DNA from: Sedimentisphaerales bacterium | Lineage (GTDB): Bacteria > Planctomycetota > Phycisphaerae > Sedimentisphaerales > Anaerobacaceae | Direction of reading: 5' to 3' | NCBI GenBank assembly: GCA_963708075.1 | Contig: OY970194.1 | Coordinates: forward strand, 701,862 to 765,861 | Length of the DNA stretch: 64,000 nt | In this document: piece after piece, positions 27,324 through 37,575 of the stretch | Numbering within the stretch: position 1 is the first letter of the stretch | Layout: each line of letters starts with the position of its first letter | Position numbers and translations under genes: made by a program | The notes under the pieces: generated by a model | Told to the model about the DNA's origin: nothing | The model's database searches: none | Seen by the model: the letters and a program-made list of their open reading frames with translations, nothing else

Positions 27324-30077
27324 TCATTGGTCCCTCAGCCAGACGCTGGAGCTGACAGAACGGCGGCCGCGACGGTCGGGACTGGCGGTTGGACCGCCGC
27401 CCTCTGAACTGCCGGACGCTGCGGAGTCACGGTTGGTCCGCGCATAGTTGGGGATCGCCGTCAATGGAGATCCGTCGGCCCAGGCGCCCTTGATGACGAG
27501 CACTCCGCCGAGCAAATCTCCCTTCCACTCAGTAGTCAGGGCAGATTTGGGATCAAGGACCTTGGTAATATCCTGGTCAACCTGCTCGGCGCTGTAAATC
27601 AACGGGCCGTACCGCAGGGCCACACGGCCGCTCGTGGCGGCGATCTTGTCGCTGGCCTTGATTCTCTGAACTTTCATCGGCAGCACCAGATCGATCTTGT
27701 CGCCGGCTTTCCAGTTCCGGGTGATTACGGCGTAGCCTTTTTCAACGGTTGGTGTGATCGAGGAGCCGTTGACGGAGATCGAACTGATTCCGTTGGATTC
27801 GGGCGTGCCGGTGTAGAGCTCGCTGACACTGCGGTCCGGGACGCGGATCCTGATGCTGAAGCTCTTCTGGGCGGCAGGATTGACGGTGATGGACACGTTG
27901 CTGCTCCAGGGATAATCCGTCTTCTGAGTTATCTGCACGTCCGTGCCGGCGACTTTCTCTACGGTCATCGTGCTGCCGATGAAGAGATTGACGTAGATCC
28001 CGTCATCGCTCTTGACATACGTCCAGGTGGGCAGCATCAGCAATGTCCGGGGAATATTGCCGACGCAGCAGGGGCACGCGTGCCACGGGTATCGAGGGCT
28101 GCGCGAATCAAGCGGGTTCTGGTAATAGAAATTCTCGCCTTCCAGATCGACCGAGCCCAGCAGTGCATTGTACAGCGACTCCTCGTAAAGATCCGCGTAC
28201 TTGGCGTCATGGTAGGCTATGTTCATCTTGTACTGGAAGAAGATCAGGCCGCACGTCGAACACGATTCGCAGTAGGCATCGTGTCGCAGCGAGTAGTCGG
28301 GGCCGAAACCTTCGGAGGTTTCGCCGCTGCCGATACCCCCGGTGACGTAGTATTTCCTGTTCACCATACTGTCCCACAGGCTCATCACGGCGCTCTGATA
28401 ATCCGCATCGTGCGTCTCTGCGGCCACATCCGCCATGGCCGAGTAACTGTAAGCAGCGCGTACGGCGTGGCCCACTGCCTCGTATTGCTGCTGTGGTGGC
28501 ACGTGGCTCTGATCGTATTCGCTGCCGTCGCGGCGGCAATCGAGCAGGAACTTGGCCAGCTTGATGTAGCTGTCGCCATGGCTGCCCGAGCCTTCCATGT
28601 CGTTCACAAATCGCCCGAATCGCACGAGGGCCTGCTCCATCTCCTGGTGTCCATCGTACCAGTCTTTCTTCCCGGGGCCGAGATTGGCGACCCAGCAGTC
28701 GGCCAGCTTCTTGGCCGCGTCGTACAGCCGCTTGTCCGTGCCGTTGGTCAGCGTGTAGTGGTTGATCGCCGACTCGATGAAGTAGCCGGCGACATACCCT
28801 TCGTGGTCGCCTCGATTACGCGGAGACCATCGCTCGGGCCAGTGGTTGCGGTCAGCCAACGTGTAGGCTGTCTGCAGATAGCCATCGGGCTCCTGGGCGG
28901 CCAGGATCTTGGGAATCCAGTCCTCCAGTGTTGCCTTCATCCGTTCCTGGGCCTTGATGATGTCACGATCGCCTTTGGGATCGACCATCAGCGCGATACT
29001 CATCGACTCGATCGTCTGGTGGACCCAGGCATTAGAGAACACGTAGCCTTTGTGCGGGCCATGCGCTTCGCCGCGAAGTGCCTTGGCCGCCTCGGTGAAA
29101 TTGTCAATACCACCGGCGCCGCCGTCACGCGGTATATCCGTTCTGTTGATCTGATCGATGCAGTGGGGGATCCAGTTCACGATCAGTGCCTTGGCTCTCG
29201 CGTTCCACAGCGGGTTGTCAATCGTGTATTTCTTCGTATAGACCACGTCCAGACGATCCTTTGGCGGCGGCAGAACCACCTTGACAGCCAGCGTGGAAGA
29301 ATCGCTCAGCGAGGCCTTGCCCGCCGTCAGCTTGAGGACGTATTCGCCCACGGCGGAGAAGGTCGCTGTCGTCGTCGGCTCGCCGGCATTTGCGAACGCG
29401 ACCTCGCCGGGGCCGGATTCCTTGCTCCAGACCACGGTCGGGGATGTCCCGCCTTTGCCGGCCAGTGTCTTCATCGTTCCGTTCAGGTAAGTCTTTCCCC
29501 CGAGCACAACGCAGCGGTCGATGCCCGCCGTAACCATCGGGGGAAACTCGGGCGACTTGCCCGAATCATAGACCTTCCATTCCAGAACACCGGTCGAGAA
29601 GGTGTCGTTGGAGTCGATCTCCAGCCGGAGCTTGGACGTGGCGGTTTCATCGAACGTCGTGGTGTTGTACTGGTTTCTCGCCACCCCCAAGCCGGATGGA
29701 TTGGCCACGGGAACGAACGCGCTGCCGTCCCACCGCAGCAGTCGGCATGCCTTCGGCACGTTGACGCCCTGGCCATCCGCCCACCAGTACACATCGATCT
29801 TGCTAGTGCTGATGGGCTGGCTCCAATCGTACTGCACCCACTGGGTGCCTCTTCTGGGCCAGTTGCCGTACGAGCCCCGGCGGGCGTCACGCGAACTCCG
29901 CGGATCGTAGCCATCGTTGAGGGCCGTGGTCCGCGTGTCGCCGGACACATACGAGCTGGACGGCTGCGCCACGGCGGCCAGGTTCACACCCGCGGATTCA
30001 GCCGCGGGCTTCTCCCGTGCAGAAGCCGTGCAGAAGAAGACCACGCCCACGAACACCGACACTGACGTTACTCTCAT
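27324..30077 (-). CDS. Glycoside hydrolase family 127 (DUF1680, beta-L-arabinofuranosidase-like) with N-terminal discoidin/F5-8-type domains
   Basis: Signal peptide MRVTSVSVFVGVVFFCTASA. Cys motifs CESCSTCG and WHACPCCVGN match the GH127 zinc/catalytic Cys motifs. Confidence 0.8.
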   Translation of the reverse strand: MRVTSVSVFVGVVFFCTASAREKPAAESAGVNLAAVAQPSSSYVSGDTRTTALNDGYDPRSSRDARRGSYGNWPRRGTQWVQYDWSQPISTSKIDVYWWADGQGVNVPKACRLLRWDGSAFVPVANPSGLGVARNQYNTTTFDETATSKLRLEIDSNDTFSTGVLEWKVYDSGKSPEFPPMVTAGIDRCVVLGGKTYLNGTMKTLAGKGGTSPTVVWSKESGPGEVAFANAGEPTTTATFSAVGEYVLKLTAGKASLSDSSTLAVKVVLPPPKDRLDVVYTKKYTIDNPLWNARAKALIVNWIPHCIDQINRTDIPRDGGAGGIDNFTEAAKALRGEAHGPHKGYVFSNAWVHQTIESMSIALMVDPKGDRDIIKAQERMKATLEDWIPKILAAQEPDGYLQTAYTLADRNHWPERWSPRNRGDHEGYVAGYFIESAINHYTLTNGTDKRLYDAAKKLADCWVANLGPGKKDWYDGHQEMEQALVRFGRFVNDMEGSGSHGDSYIKLAKFLLDCRRDGSEYDQSHVPPQQQYEAVGHAVRAAYSYSAMADVAAETHDADYQSAVMSLWDSMVNRKYYVTGGIGSGETSEGFGPDYSLRHDAYCESCSTCGLIFFQYKMNIAYHDAKYADLYEESLYNALLGSVDLEGENFYYQNPLDSRSPRYPWHACPCCVGNIPRTLLMLPTWTYVKSDDGIYVNLFIGSTMTVEKVAGTDVQITQKTDYPWSSNVSITVNPAAQKSFSIRIRVPDRSVSELYTGTPESNGISSISVNGSSITPTVEKGYAVITRNWKAGDKIDLVLPMKVQRIKASDKIAATSGRVALRYGPLIYSAEQVDQDITKVLDPKSALTTEWKGDLLGGVLVIKGAWADGSPLTAIPNYARTNRDSAASGSSEGGGPTASPDRRGRRSVSSSVWLRDQ

Positions 30078-30118
30078 TTGGAAATCTCCTCTGTCTGTCA
30101 TGCTAATCGGGGAAGACT

Positions 30119-32583
30119 CTATCGTTCCGCGTCGGCGCGGATCATGCGGATGCCAAACACGGCGGCGATCTCATTTCCGTTGGTGGCCTGGAACCGTACG
30201 GTCACCTTCTGCTTGTCCTTGACCAGTTCCGCCGGTACGGGGTATTCGACGTCGAAGAACCGCACCGGCCCGCCTCTCTCAATCGTCTGCTCGCCCACGC
30301 GCTGCCCGTCGACGAGAATGTCAAAGGTGCGCCTGCGCCACTCGTCGCTGTAGTAGGTCACGACAAGAGCCATGGGCTGGCCGGGCTCCACGGGAAGATC
30401 GAAGGAGAACCATTTTGTGCCGCGACGCGCAGGCCGGCCCATCACGCGGTCGGGCGAACTGTCCTCGCCCTGGTAGTTGAAGTCCCGCTCGGGCTGCATC
30501 TCGCCCGGCTGCACGAAGGCCACCGTGGCTGCTTCGAGCTTGCGCTGCCGCTCCCGTTCGGCGGCAATTTCGGCGGCTCTCTTCTCCCATTCGGCGGGCG
30601 TGAGCAAATCCCAGTACACGCCGTAGGTGCGCCGATGCAGACGGTAAAAGGGTACGAAATCCACGTCGTTTTCACGCCCGACGCCGTCGGTGCGGAACTG
30701 GCCCGGCTTGTCGGCTACCGGTTTGAGCCACTCGGTCACTGGTCGCTCCGCCGCGACGAAGACCGGCACTCTCGGCTGCTCTGCGCGGCGCCTCGGCCTC
30801 GTCTCTGAACCTCGGGACCCAGGTCGCCGGCCAATACCAGCGGGCCCCACAGGATCGCGACGCGACGCGGGTTGTCGGGCAACGGCTCCAGTCGCAGTGT
30901 CTTGGGCAGGGTCAGCTCCACGACATCACCACTCTTCCAGGTTCGTTTCAGCTCGACGTACGAGCTGATCGGGGCAAATGACTGCTCCACTCTGCGGCGG
31001 CTGTCTCGCTCACGGCCTGGATCGCCGGCAGGGGGGGCCCGTCCGGCCGGATCTTCCACTGTTTCGCCATTGACTTTGACCGCATACCCTTCCCCGGCCC
31101 ACCAGGGCCGACGCAGGGCCAGTGTGAATTCCCTGGGCGATTCAAGCGTCAGCGTGAGCTTCGCCGACTCGCCTTCCGGAAAATCGGTGTCCATCGCCAG
31201 TTTTACACCCGCGGCGGTCCAGTCCGCCGTGGAGGGCGCATACAGATTCACCCAGAGTCTGTCGCCGGATTCATAGTAGATCCCATCTCCGTGCAGTGCG
31301 TGGCTCTCCATGCCCGAGCCGACGCAGCAGGTGAAGGAGCGGAACATGTCCTGGTACTCGTGCTGCACGCCCCGGCCGACGGGCACCATGTAGCAGGTCC
31401 GGCCGTCGTTGGGGTCGATGGAGGCCAGAATGTGGTTGAACAGGGCTCGCTCGTGGAAATCGGCGTAGTGGGCATCTGGCCGTAGCGAGAACATCCGGCG
31501 GGTCAGCTTGAGCATGTTGTAGACGTTGCAGGTCTCGGCCGTGCGGCCGTCCACACGATCGCTCATCATATCGGCTTTGCCGAAGTATTCATCCTTGCCG
31601 TGGCCGCCTGTGGCGAAGCTGTGATGCTGCACGACACGATCCCAGAAGAATCCTGCCGCCATGATGTCCGCAGCTTCGCCCGTATAGGCAAAACGATCCG
31701 CTGAGCCGATGAGCTTGGGCACCTGTGTGTTGCCGTGCTTGCCTTCGAGGTTGTCCTGGTGACGCTGCAGCGGGTCGATAAAGGAGCGATGCTCAAATTC
31801 ATACGAAAGGTCCAGCCAGCGTTTGTCGCCCGTATCGGCGTACAGGTCGGCGAAGATCTCGTTCATGCCGCCGAACTCGGTGCTGAGCATCCGTTGAACC
31901 TGAGCGTCACTGAGCTTGGAGACGATCCCTTCGGCCCACGCCGCGAACTTGATCTCGACGTCCAACGCGGTCTTGTTGCCCGTGTAACGCCAGGCGTCGC
32001 GCAGGCCCGCGTAGGTCTTGTGCAGGGTGTACCACGGGGACCACATGCCGTTGAGGTCGAAGCCGCCGGAGCGGATGTTGCCCTGCGATACCTGCTGAAA
32101 GAGCGTCTCACCGTCGGTGCCCTGGCTGTCCGTCAGGGCGCCGCAGTAACCATTGCCTCGCTTATCCTGAGCCTCTTTCATTTCTTTGACGAGGTAATCC
32201 GCGCGTTCCTTGAATCGGGCGTCGCCCGTGGCGGCATACATCAGACTGATGGCGGAGAGATAGTGTCCCGCGATGTGGCCCGTCAGTTGCTTGCCGTTGA
32301 CCGAGTCCCACCCGCCGTAGCCCTCGGCCTTCGGTTGCAGCCCGGCACGGATGCGATAACCCGCCATCATCCGGTCGGGTTCGAGCTTGAGTAGATACTC
32401 GGCAGTCACATCCTGAGCCCGCTTGAGAGGTCCGCCGAGCAGCCGCACATGACTTATATCCACGGGGCGGGCCTGAAGCAGCGTCTTCTCAAAGCCGGCA
32501 ACGCCCGGATCCGTCGCCTCCGCATGGACCTGACTGCAAACCATCAAAGCAAGAAGGATGGAACTCAGAGTAGCTTTCTTCAT
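30119..32583 (-). pseudogene. Second DUF1680/GH127-type hydrolase, frameshifted near 30770-30800
   Basis: ORF 30736..32637 (signal peptide MKKATLSSILLALMVCSQVHA; FTCCVGSGMESH) ends in Arg/Ser-rich junk. The conserved C-terminal domain continues in ORF 30119..30850 from ...QPRVPVFVAAERPVTEWLKPV. Confidence 0.7.
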
Positions 32584-32857
32584 GTGATTTCCCTTACTGC
32601 CACGCCGCCGCGTCTTGAGTCGCAACAAGCTGAACAACTGCGCTGCATTATGGATAGCTCGCCATCATGAGACAATGCACAATTGCGTCTTTCTTTCGCC
32701 ACTTTGCGACAGGGCTCTCATATGTGGACCGATGTCCGGGATGCGCCGTGCTGAAACGGCAACAGTCTTCCACGATCTTCTTGCAAAGCTGCCACACTTT
32801 ATGTAAGGTAAGTGCGAGTGTTGTCGCTATGAGTTCTTTTTCGGATCATAGGACCAC

Positions 32858-32931
32858 GGGCGGTTAGCTCAGTTGGCCAGAGCGCCTGCCTTACACGCAG
32901 GATGTCGCAGGTTCAAATCCTGCACCGCCCA
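32858..32931 (+). tRNA. tRNA-Val (anticodon TAC), no encoded CCA
   Basis: Acceptor GGGCGGT/ACCGCCC, D-arm TAGCTCAGTTGGCCAGAGC, anticodon loop CTTACAC, T-arm GCAGGTTCAAATCCTGC. Confidence 0.9.
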
Positions 32932-32968
32932 TTCACCAGGCCGTGGAGACCGAGGATTCACGGCGAAA

Positions 32969-34588
32969 TCACCGGCCCCGCCATTCGCCGACCATGCGCT
33001 TGAGACGATGCAGGATGCCGTCACGCGCCAGCTCGACCGGGGCGGTCGCGGAGGCGCGCAGCTTCTCCAGCGACGCGGCATTTTCCCGGGCGCGGGCCGC
33101 CGCCAATTCCGAGAGCGCCTGCGGAATCTCCTCCCGCAGCGACAGCAGGTGGGCGAAGGTGCCGCGGTCGAATTCGAGCAATTCGCAGTGCGTGGCGGCC
33201 GTCATGGTCGCGCTCCTCGGCAAGCCGGTCAGAAGGCTCATCTCGCCGAACAGCGCCCCGGGCTTAAGTTCGAATTCGATGGGGCGGGCGGTGTCATTCG
33301 CAATGGTGCCTTGGACTTTTCCCTGCACCAGGATATAGAACGACTCCCCGTCGTCGCCTTGGCGCATCAGGACCTCGCCATGGGTGAACCGGATACGTTT
33401 CACGCCTCTGGCCACGGTCTTCAACTCGTCGCGGCTGAGCATGCAGACGCCGTCGGGGCCGGCCATGAGCTTGCGCCCGAAATCGCTGCGGATCAGGTCA
33501 TCCGCACTTCGCTCGATCTCCGAGGCCAGCGGCTTCTCAAATCGCTGGGCATGGACCGCCTGCATGAAGTTGTCGAGCAGGCGGCCGCTCATGGGAAACG
33601 GGATCTCGATCCCGCGGCGCGTGAATTTGTACCAGATCATCCGCATCACGTGGCCTTCGATCATCGTGCGACGCTCGTACTGCATCGACCAGAAACGCAG
33701 CACGTACTCGATGCAGAAATCCTTGAAACCGGTCACGTAAGCGTCCGGCGCCGGCTCTTTCTCGACCATGGGCACACTTTGCGCGGCCTCGACCAATGCG
33801 GCGATGACATCGCCCGGCGCATCGCCGTAACTGGCCGACACCGGCACATCGTGCCGGCGCAGGCTCGTGGGGGAGGAAAGATTGCGGAGGGTCGCGTCCG
33901 CCATTTTGCCGTTGGGGACGATGACGATATGACCGCCGAGGGTGCGCAGTCGTGTCTCACGCCAGTTGACCAGAGTCACCTGCCCAATCGTTCCGTCCAC
34001 CTCGATCCAGTCACCCACGGCCATGGAGCGGCAGGCGTGCAGGGACATGCCCGCCAGCAGATTGCCCAGCACTCCCTGCATGGCGAAGCCGATGACGCCG
34101 GTGACGATCGCCGTCGAGGTAAGCAGCACGCCGATCTTGTGGTCCAGTTGGTATCGGATCAGCAGGAAGGCGACGCCGAGCATGATCGCCGGCCGCAGCA
34201 GGTTGCGAGTGAGCCGGCTGAGCGGACAGGGCCGCCCCATCTGCACGAACGTCTCGACCAGGAGCCCTTCGACAAGCCTTACAAGGGCGTAAACGCCCCA
34301 GAACGACAGCCACGCTTGATGGTACTTCGTCCAAGTCCGCGACTGGTCCATGCGATCGAGCCAGTAGATCAGCGGAAGGGAAAGCACCAGCACCAGCAGG
34401 GAGAACGCCACATAGTTCAGCACCGCGCCGATGAACTGGCGGCCGGAGCGATGTCCCGGCTCGACGCCGTCACAGGAGGCGTAGCGCCGACGCAGCGGGA
34501 TCGTCAACAGATAGGCAATAAACAGCACTCCCAACGCCAGGGCGACGTTCTGGATGTGGGGCAGTATCGGTTCAAGCCGGTCCAGCAT
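32969..34588 (-). CDS. MscS-family mechanosensitive channel with a C-terminal cyclic-nucleotide-binding domain (bCNG-type)
   Basis: MscS core ...GNLLAGMSLHACRSMAVGDWIEVDGTIGQV...IVIVPNGKM. The CNB domain reads ...FYILVQGKV...GALFGEMSLLTGLPRSATM. Confidence 0.8.
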   Translation of the reverse strand: MLDRLEPILPHIQNVALALGVLFIAYLLTIPLRRRYASCDGVEPGHRSGRQFIGAVLNYVAFSLLVLVLSLPLIYWLDRMDQSRTWTKYHQAWLSFWGVYALVRLVEGLLVETFVQMGRPCPLSRLTRNLLRPAIMLGVAFLLIRYQLDHKIGVLLTSTAIVTGVIGFAMQGVLGNLLAGMSLHACRSMAVGDWIEVDGTIGQVTLVNWRETRLRTLGGHIVIVPNGKMADATLRNLSSPTSLRRHDVPVSASYGDAPGDVIAALVEAAQSVPMVEKEPAPDAYVTGFKDFCIEYVLRFWSMQYERRTMIEGHVMRMIWYKFTRRGIEIPFPMSGRLLDNFMQAVHAQRFEKPLASEIERSADDLIRSDFGRKLMAGPDGVCMLSRDELKTVARGVKRIRFTHGEVLMRQGDDGESFYILVQGKVQGTIANDTARPIEFELKPGALFGEMSLLTGLPRSATMTAATHCELLEFDRGTFAHLLSLREEIPQALSELAAARARENAASLEKLRASATAPVELARDGILHRLKRMVGEWRGR

Positions 34589-34597
34589 GATTGTTCC

Positions 34598-35440
34598 TCA
34601 GCCACCTATCTCTAACCATTGTCCAGCCCGCGCAAGCATGCTACCGGGCGAGCGTTTCTTCACCTGCTGTTCCAGGGTGTGCAATGCCTTGTCGTCCGCA
34701 TTCGGGTCATGATGGCCAAGGAGCACTCGCTTCACACCCGTGGACTCGGCAATGTCTATGCCATCCTCCCAGGAGCTGTGCCCCCAGCCGGCAAACGCTT
34801 TCACATTGGCCCGGGGAATGTGCGCATCGATGGCGAGCACATCGGCCGGCTGCGGCTGGCGGCACATCGTCATGAATGCCTCCTCCTGCTCGCTCGTCCG
34901 ATTCTGCCATTCGAGATCCGTGGCGAACACGAACGAGTTGCCGGCGCTCGTATCATCGATGCGATAGGCCATACAGCCGCCGGGATGCGGGACCGAACAG
35001 CCTCGCACGCGCAACTGTCCAGCCTGGATTCCACCCGTTGCGAACTCGGCAAATTCGAGTCGTGCGCTCATCCGCTCCACGGGCAGCGGCCAGTAGGGCG
35101 GCGAAAGCAACCGCGTCACGGCGTCACGCACGCCGCCATCGGCAAAAGTCGGTCCGAGGAGCCTGAACGACCAGCCCGGCTGGTAGAACAGGGGATTCAT
35201 CGTCAGCCCCACCATGTGATCGAGATGGTAATGCGAGAACAGTACAGTCACCTCGCCCGGCCCCGCATCGGCCAGTTGCCTGGCCACGGCGTGCATGCCG
35301 GTCCCGGCGTCGAGCACGAGTCGCTCGCCATGAGACCCGACGAGAAGCAGGGAGGTCGTGTCACCGCCATATTCCGCGAAGGCGGCCCCCGTGACCGGCC
35401 GGCTCCCGCGCATCCCGCCAATGAAGAGTCGCAAGTTCAT
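34598..35440 (-). CDS. Metallo-beta-lactamase-fold hydrolase with an HYHLDHMVG motif (class II cNMP phosphodiesterase-like)
   Basis: Start MNLRLF overlaps the cyclase stop (ATGA at 35437-35440). HxHLDH motif; late ...LGHHDP. Confidence 0.65.
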   Translation of the reverse strand: MNLRLFIGGMRGSRPVTGAAFAEYGGDTTSLLLVGSHGERLVLDAGTGMHAVARQLADAGPGEVTVLFSHYHLDHMVGLTMNPLFYQPGWSFRLLGPTFADGGVRDAVTRLLSPPYWPLPVERMSARLEFAEFATGGIQAGQLRVRGCSVPHPGGCMAYRIDDTSAGNSFVFATDLEWQNRTSEQEEAFMTMCRQPQPADVLAIDAHIPRANVKAFAGWGHSSWEDGIDIAESTGVKRVLLGHHDPNADDKALHTLEQQVKKRSPGSMLARAGQWLEIGG

Positions 35441-37563
35441 TTTTCCGTCAGTCCCCATACGCCGTCCCAGGATGCCGGAGGCTGGGCACACAGCTCCGTA
35501 CATCGCTTCAAATATCGCTGCGCCGCCGGATCGTCAGGCAGTCGCTCGAAAACCTCCTTCGCCCCGGCAAAATTGCCCTCGCGGAAATGAGTCAGTCCGG
35601 CGGCAAACGCGTCCCAACCGATCGGCGCAGCGTCCCCTGCGAATCCCGTCAGTTCATACACCGCCACGGCGGTCTTGCGGCCAACTACTCGCAGATCCGC
35701 CAGTTTGCGGCCGCAGAACTCGGAGGACGCCAATTGCCAGGTGTTCCCGGAAACCATAGTCTCCGTCCCGAACGCTTTGTTCGCGCCTTCCAGGCGAGAG
35801 GCGAGATTTGCCGCGTCCCCGAGAATCGTGTAATTGAAGCGTTTGCGGGAGCCCATGTTGCCCACCACGACCTGACCAGTGTTGAGCCCCACCCTCATCC
35901 GCAGCATTGCCCCGGTGCGCTGCTGGAACATCTCCCGGAGTTCAGTCAACCGCCGCTGGCAGCGCAGCGCCGCACGGCAGGCACGCACGGCATGGTCCGG
36001 CTGCTCCAGCGGCGCATTCCAGAACGCGATAATCGCGTCACCCTCGTATTTGTCGAGCGTGCCGCCTTCCTCCAGGATAATGTCCGTCATCTCGCTAAGG
36101 TAATCATTGAGCAACGTTGTCAGCTCGACTGGGCCAAGTCGCTCGGAGAACGTGGAGAAGCCGGCGAGGTCCGTGAACATGATCGTCAGCTCGCGTTTCT
36201 CGCCGCCCAATTGCAGATGCTTTGGGTCGCGAATGATCTTCTCAATCACTTCGCCGCTCAGATAGTGCCGGAACGCCTGCTTGATGAACGCCTTCTGGCG
36301 TCCCTCGGTCCAGTAGTTGACGGCCAGAGCGCCGACCAGCCCTAGCGCCGAGCCCATTTCGTGCGCAGCGACCGGCCACCACTGTCCCTGGGCGTACGCG
36401 GCAAAGCCGACACCCATTGGTACTCCCAGCCACACGATGGAAAGCGGCCCCGCCTGCCACCATTTGCCCCCATAGGTCAGGGAGACGGCAGCGGCAATGG
36501 CCGTCGCCAGCACGCCCAGAATCACGGCGGGTGCGGGCGCCTCGGCGATGAAGGAATTCGTGAGCAGGTTGTCGACGAACGTCGTGTGCAGGACGACTCC
36601 GGGACATTTGGAGTTGACCGGGGCCGGCCGCAGATCCAGCAGACCCGGCGCGCTGCAACCGACGAAGACGTAGCAGTCCTTGAAGGTTTCGGGCGACAGG
36701 GAAGGGGTTTCGCCTTCGCTCAACCGCAGCTCGGATTGGATGACCGCCGCGGCGGAAACTGCTTCAGGCAGACCGCCTCGACCCTTGAAACGCAGAATCG
36801 CCTGGCCGTTCCGGTCGAGAGGAATGCTTTGCCCTCCCACCTGCAATTGCCTGCCCGACGCTGTGACAGGGGTCGATTCCGCACGCGCGGTCAACCACGC
36901 TGCCAAGCCGAGCGCCGGGATATCGACCCCGCCAAAACGACAGAATGGCGAAATCCGCCGGAATACACCATCGGCGTCCGGTGTGCCCGCGACGTGTCCT
37001 GCGGCAGCAGCCCCGGCGGCCACCTCTTGCACCGGGAACAGCAGATCTGCAGACTCTGCCACAGCGAGCGTGTCGATCTTTGGGTTCGGGCGCGGCATGT
37101 ACTCCGGCCACGCATTCGCTCTGCCTCCCGACAAGACAGGTAGAACCGCCGGCGGACCCGCCCGCAGAGCTTGCCCCATCGCTTCGTCGTCCGGCACCCC
37201 ATAGACAGACGGCTCGGTGAACAGCAGGTCCAGAGAGAGCACCCGGGCCCCACCTCGCTTGCAGAACGCCGCGATTTTCCCGTACACCTCGCGCGGCCAC
37301 GGCCAGCTCAAACTGTTCTCCTGCTGCGCCCAATCCAGGCTGGCCTGGTCCAACAGGATCAGTTTGATCTCCGGCGAAGGGACCTCTCGCTGCGAGAAGA
37401 ACCGGGCCCGCCACGTCCACGTCGGCGCCTCCAGGGATTCGAGCCAGCCCAGATGCCACGCGAATAACGCTGTTGCCCCGGCGACCAGGCCGATTGCCGG
37501 GCCACGTAGACACTTGCCACCGAGCTTAACCATGCCGCACTTCCCCCTGCAGGACAGACGCAA
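35437..37563 (-). CDS. CHASE2-sensor class III adenylate/guanylate cyclase
   Basis: N-terminal CHASE2-like region plus TM cluster. Catalytic domain ELTIMFTDLAGFSTF...KYEGDAIIAFWNAP...VGLNTGQVVVGNMGS...YTILGDAANLASRLEG. Confidence 0.8.
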   Translation of the reverse strand: MRLSCRGKCGMVKLGGKCLRGPAIGLVAGATALFAWHLGWLESLEAPTWTWRARFFSQREVPSPEIKLILLDQASLDWAQQENSLSWPWPREVYGKIAAFCKRGGARVLSLDLLFTEPSVYGVPDDEAMGQALRAGPPAVLPVLSGGRANAWPEYMPRPNPKIDTLAVAESADLLFPVQEVAAGAAAAGHVAGTPDADGVFRRISPFCRFGGVDIPALGLAAWLTARAESTPVTASGRQLQVGGQSIPLDRNGQAILRFKGRGGLPEAVSAAAVIQSELRLSEGETPSLSPETFKDCYVFVGCSAPGLLDLRPAPVNSKCPGVVLHTTFVDNLLTNSFIAEAPAPAVILGVLATAIAAAVSLTYGGKWWQAGPLSIVWLGVPMGVGFAAYAQGQWWPVAAHEMGSALGLVGALAVNYWTEGRQKAFIKQAFRHYLSGEVIEKIIRDPKHLQLGGEKRELTIMFTDLAGFSTFSERLGPVELTTLLNDYLSEMTDIILEEGGTLDKYEGDAIIAFWNAPLEQPDHAVRACRAALRCQRRLTELREMFQQRTGAMLRMRVGLNTGQVVVGNMGSRKRFNYTILGDAANLASRLEGANKAFGTETMVSGNTWQLASSEFCGRKLADLRVVGRKTAVAVYELTGFAGDAAPIGWDAFAAGLTHFREGNFAGAKEVFERLPDDPAAQRYLKRCTELCAQPPASWDGVWGLTEK

Positions 37564-37575
37564 GAGTCTGCGTCT

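Noticed and set aside
28080-30065. 661-aa ORF antisense to GH127. The same situation occurs at 32873..34615, 41570..43069, 51540..53474, 58393..60696 and 61211..63574.
   Set aside because: All are mirror-strand ORFs of confidently identified genes (MscS, the exoprotein, FdhA, CooS, AcsB) and have non-protein-like composition.
18480-32931. Possible genomic island bounded by tRNA-Ala and tRNA-Val
   Set aside because: I saw no integrase, transposase or phage genes and no direct repeat of a tRNA 3' end. Composition is similar to the flanks. The content is ordinary periplasmic and glycoside-hydrolase genes.
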